Assembly: GCA_973895155.1 (NCBI GenBank)
Contig: OZ316899.1
Span: forward strand, 13,519,934-13,583,933
DNA from: Marsupella aquatica
Taxonomy: Eukaryota > Plantae > Marchantiophyta
Length of the DNA: 64,000 nt
Direction: 5' to 3'
How positions within the stretch are numbered: the stretch's first letter is position 1; each line of letters starts with the position of its first letter. Under the pieces are notes generated by a model that worked only from the letters and a program-made list of their open reading frames with translations, made no database searches and was not told where the DNA came from. This document shows, one piece after another, positions 60,301 to 64,000 of the stretch. The translations under genes and the position numbers were made by a program.

Positions 60301-63300
60301 ATAAATACGCTGTCACAATATCCATTTGATGCATGGATAAGTGGTGGCGTTGTGAAAATGTAATCAGGTACCTGTAGGTAATGACATCCATTACCGGCAA
60401 GTATGTGAGGTCGTAGTCCCTGCCTGGGACTTGAGTGAATCCCCGGGCCACCAGTCTGGCCTTGTGTCTTGTTACCTCACCTTTTGCATTTCTTTTCTTT
60501 ACGAGGGTCCATTTATACCTTGTAAGATGTGCTTCAGGTTCTGCTATTGTGATTGGGCCAAATAACTAGCGGGCTATTAGTGAGTCCAGTTCTAAATGGA
60601 TGGCCTGTTCCCATTCAGGCCAGTCAGGTTGGGCCTCAGCTTCTTTGATTGTTTGGGGGTCAGGCAGTTTGTCTTCAATCTACTGTGCTATGTGAAATGC
60701 GAATTGTTCATCTATTGTAGTGTGCTCTCTGTCCCATACATGTCCGGTTCTTCCATAGTTGATTGATATCTCTGCATTGTCTTCTGGTACATTTGGTTGA
60801 CTTGGAGTTGGATCCCTGGTTGATGGGCTGGGTACAGGTGCTGGGGCAGCTCTACACTGTCTTGGTTGCCTGTCAACAGATCCCAGTGGGCGGCCTCTCT
60901 TTGCTTTCGGGGCTGTTGTTGATGCTGGTGGGGTCTCCATTTGTATTCTGGATGGGGCGTTTGCTGCTAGGATATGAGAGCGTGTCACCTGGGTGGCATC
61001 TGCGAAGGAGTCTGGTAGGTGTTCTACCATCCTTGCTAGGTGTAAGATTTGTTGTACTTCAGTGTCTGCATGACTATCCCTTGGGTCGTTCAAGAAGCCG
61101 ACATCAATTTTCCAAGTAAGTTGGGAGGTTTTCTCTGTGTCAAGTTGCTTCATATGTAGGCTGGGAAAAATATCTTCGTAGAAGTGGCAATCTGCAAAGC
61201 GTGCTTTGAAGACATCGGATGTTGTAGGCTCCATATATCTGATAATTGAAGCTGAGTCAAAACCTATGTATATTCCTGGGTGTCTCTGGGGTCCCATCTT
61301 GGTTTTCTTAGGTCCCAGGATGGGTACCATTACTTTACAGCCGAACGTTCTGAGGTGAGAGACATTTGGTATGGTCCCTAGTGCTAGGTGATGTGGGGTA
61401 GAGGAATTAAAAGATGATGGTCTATAACTGAGTAGTGCAGCAGAGTGGAGGATGGCATGACCCAAGGCGGCTATTGGTAGATTCGTTTGCATAAGGAGGG
61501 GCCGGGCAATAATCTGTAATCGTTTGATTAGGGATTCAGCTATCCCGTTCTGAAAGTGAACATGGGGCACAGGGTACTGGACATCAATGCCAGTAGCCTG
61601 GCAGAAATCTTTGAACGTTTTGGAGGTAAATTCTCCGGCGTTGTCCACTCTAAGTGTTTTAATCTGGTTTTTGGGGAATTGTGCTCTCAGTTTTAGTATG
61701 TGCGCTAGGAGTCTCGAAAATACCAGGTTTCTTGTGGATAGTAAGGATATCTAACTCCATTTTGTTGATGCGTCTATAACTGCCAGGAAAAATTGGAATG
61801 GGCCACTTGGAGGGACAATCGGCCCGCATACGTCAGCGTGTATGCGCTCCAGGAAGTGGGGAATTTGGCGCTCAGTTGTAGGTGGTGAGGGTCGGATTAT
61901 GAGCTTTCCCTGTGAGCAAGCTAAACAGGGAGCTTTCATGGATGTGGGGCGGACCATTTCCGGTATGCCCAGGGTTTCTCTAATCAATTTTTGGAACATT
62001 GTTGTTCCTCGGGTGGCCTAGTCTCCTGTGCCATATCTCGGTAAGTGTACCTTGTGGTGTGCCAGTGTAGAAGCTGTGGATTTCAGTAGTGTAACAACCG
62101 GGGGGTGATGCTCTCAGGATCTCTCTGATTTTGGTATTTGGTGGTTCCCCCGAGGTGATGTACAAGACTTCCCATCCTTGTTGAGTGCCCGTCTTAATAT
62201 GTAGCTTGTTACCACGGATATCCCCAAAGCTTAGTAAGTTTTTGGTTGCCTTTGGGGCGTATATTGCAGACTCCACATGAATTATCGTCCCACGGGGTAG
62301 GGTGATCAATGCTGGTCCAAATCCCTCTTTCAATTGATGCTGGCCCATAATCATTGTAAGTTTTCTTTGGGATGGTATAATTTGCTTGAAGTATTCCTTA
62401 TGCTTAAAAATGGAATGCAATGTACCACTATCGACTATGCAGTGGGAAAATTTTTCTTTGATACTAGAATCAGGTGTGGTCTTTGATATGACCATGTTTA
62501 TAGTTGGTATAATTTATGTGGATTCTAGGAAAGTCCCATACGTCTCAGGTTCATTTTGTGCAGTGCTCTTCTTATATAGTTGCACTAGGTGTGTAGGTGC
62601 ACGGCAGAATTTTTGAATGTGGCCTTTAGTGCCACAATGAAAACAGGTAGAGGGGTTTTCGTATTTATCTCTTTGAGTGCTTTGCTGTTGATAGTTGCCT
62701 TGCTGCCAATTGTTTCTGAAGTTACCGCCAGTGTTTTGGTATCTTCCCCTGGATCTGCCTCTGAAGTTGTTGCTTCTGGCTCCGCGTCCTCTGAAAGAGC
62801 TACCTCGGCCTCTGTATGTGTTTCTCCCCCTGAAACTACCTCGGCCACGGTAAGATGAGCCCTCTCCCCTCTGGGTTGTAACATAGTGGGATTCTGAATT
62901 TGTGACTGGAGGGAGAGTTCCAGGGTGTCGTTTTTGGGAATTCTGTAATAGCAATAGCTGGTGCTTTTCAGCCAGGAGCATATGGGCAATCTATTCGGAA
63001 TATTGTGTGAATCGCATATTGCGATATTGGGTAGAGAGAATGAGATTTGTAGAGTGAAGGATAGAGAGCATTTCTCAATCTGTTTGTCATCATTAACGGG
63101 ATGGCCACATATGGCCAATTGGGATACAATCCAAAATAATTTGCAATTGTAATCCGCGATTGTTTTATGGTCCTGGACCCGGAGATTTATCCAATCATGT
63201 CTGGCCGCAGGCAGGTGTATGGTGCGCGTGTGGTCAAAGCGTGATTGACGTGCGTCCCAAAGGACTCTCGGATTATATTCGTTCATGTACTGTTGCTTCA

Positions 63301-63557
63301 AAGAGTCACTCAAATGGTGTCAAATTAGTATCAATGCCTGCACTTTTGCTAAAGTGTTTGGCCATTGTCAGTTATTACTGTATCCTGTAGATTCTTTGAA
63401 GTTAGATGAGCTTCACCATCAAGCATCCATGACAAATAGTTGGCACCATCGATGCTGAGTGGTTGAAATAAGAGTTTCTCCATAGAATTCTTTGACATAT
63501 TGCTAGATTCTAGTGGTGTAATTTCTTATTGGTAAGCACAAGGTTGCAATTGTATTT
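57355..63557 (-). mobile_element. Second Ty1/Copia Bianca element (3' LTR 57355-57505; 5' leader interrupted)
   Basis: LTR homologous to 15591-15742, with an adjacent PPT-like GGGGAG. Domain order is gag-PR-INT-RT-RH. Confidence 0.92.
58919..63498 (-). pseudogene. Bianca gag-pol with stops and frameshifts
   Basis: PR IVDSGT. INT HADVCGP, DNAGEF, QNGIAE. RT ARGFTQ, SLYGLKQSG, IYVDD. RH GYADA, NIADMFTK. Stop at 58919. Confidence 0.92.
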
Positions 63558-63569
63558 CCTGGGAAAATG

Positions 63570-64000
63570 TTTTTTATAATAAAAAAGGGAGACTGCAAAA
63601 ACCCCACGGCCGGGGGGAAGCAAACAGCCCCATAGATATAACATCACAACTCCCTCAGGGAGGCCAGCTGGCAAAAGCAAAGGCCAGAATCACAATAAAA
63701 ATGGGGAGACTAAACCTAGTGGCCCAAAACGTGAGTGACCCACACATCATGTCAACTTGTAGAGCCCTAGAGCCGATAAGCAAGGTAACCCATTCACCCT
63801 CTTCCAATAACTATCACTCCTAGACCAGCAACGCAGCCACTGAGGTGACTCTGCCAGTACTTCTAGCAAACCAATGTCGTCGTTCTAAAACTATGAGATC
63901 CCTAGCCTTAGCCAGTCTGATGCGCCGCCCACCAATGGGGAGGCACCAGCCAGCAGACCGTAAGTGAGTCTCAGTTTCCGAGAGGACCAGCCCAAAATCA
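63570..64000 (-). mobile_element. Probable LINE 3' end (short A tail and 3' UTR) inserted in the Bianca leader
   Basis: Homology to the first Bianca leader stops near 63557. A T-run follows, then sequence compositionally like the 3' UTR at 38090-38181. No coding evidence is in the window. Confidence 0.4.

Overview
This window is transposon-only plant DNA, probably from a liverwort or other bryophyte (inferred from the element lineages). I see no host gene, RNA gene or CRISPR array. Target-site duplications (TSDs) resolve it as a deep nest. A Tcn1-like chromovirus (48672-~56205, minus) has an Athila-like Ty3/Gypsy (family C) inserted in its 3' LTR. The 5' LTR of C contains a 24-kb CACTA (23125-47284, TSD GTC), which itself holds a 3.1-kb solo LTR (D), two family B LTR copies, a LINE and a MITE. 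The integrase of C is interrupted by a Bianca Copia, which is interrupted by a family B LTR, which is interrupted by family A Gypsy sequence. A second Bianca and a probable LINE 3' end close the window. The main observation is that three distinct families (A 4.0 kb, B ~4.7 kb, C 3.2 kb) have giant LTRs that each contain a long, mutually homologous, sense-strand ORF of ~550-1120 aa, with an 'LPW...FGLP'-type domain and a C-terminal coiled coil. In A and B the ORF is retained in TSD-flanked solo LTRs. Other oddities are a CACTA with divergently oriented TnpD-like and TnpA-like genes, a 31-bp hairpin replacing the tRNA PBS in the chromovirus, an in-frame Gag-PR-RT/coiled-coil chimera, and a MITE with a 4-bp TSD. 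All alignments and counts were made by eye.
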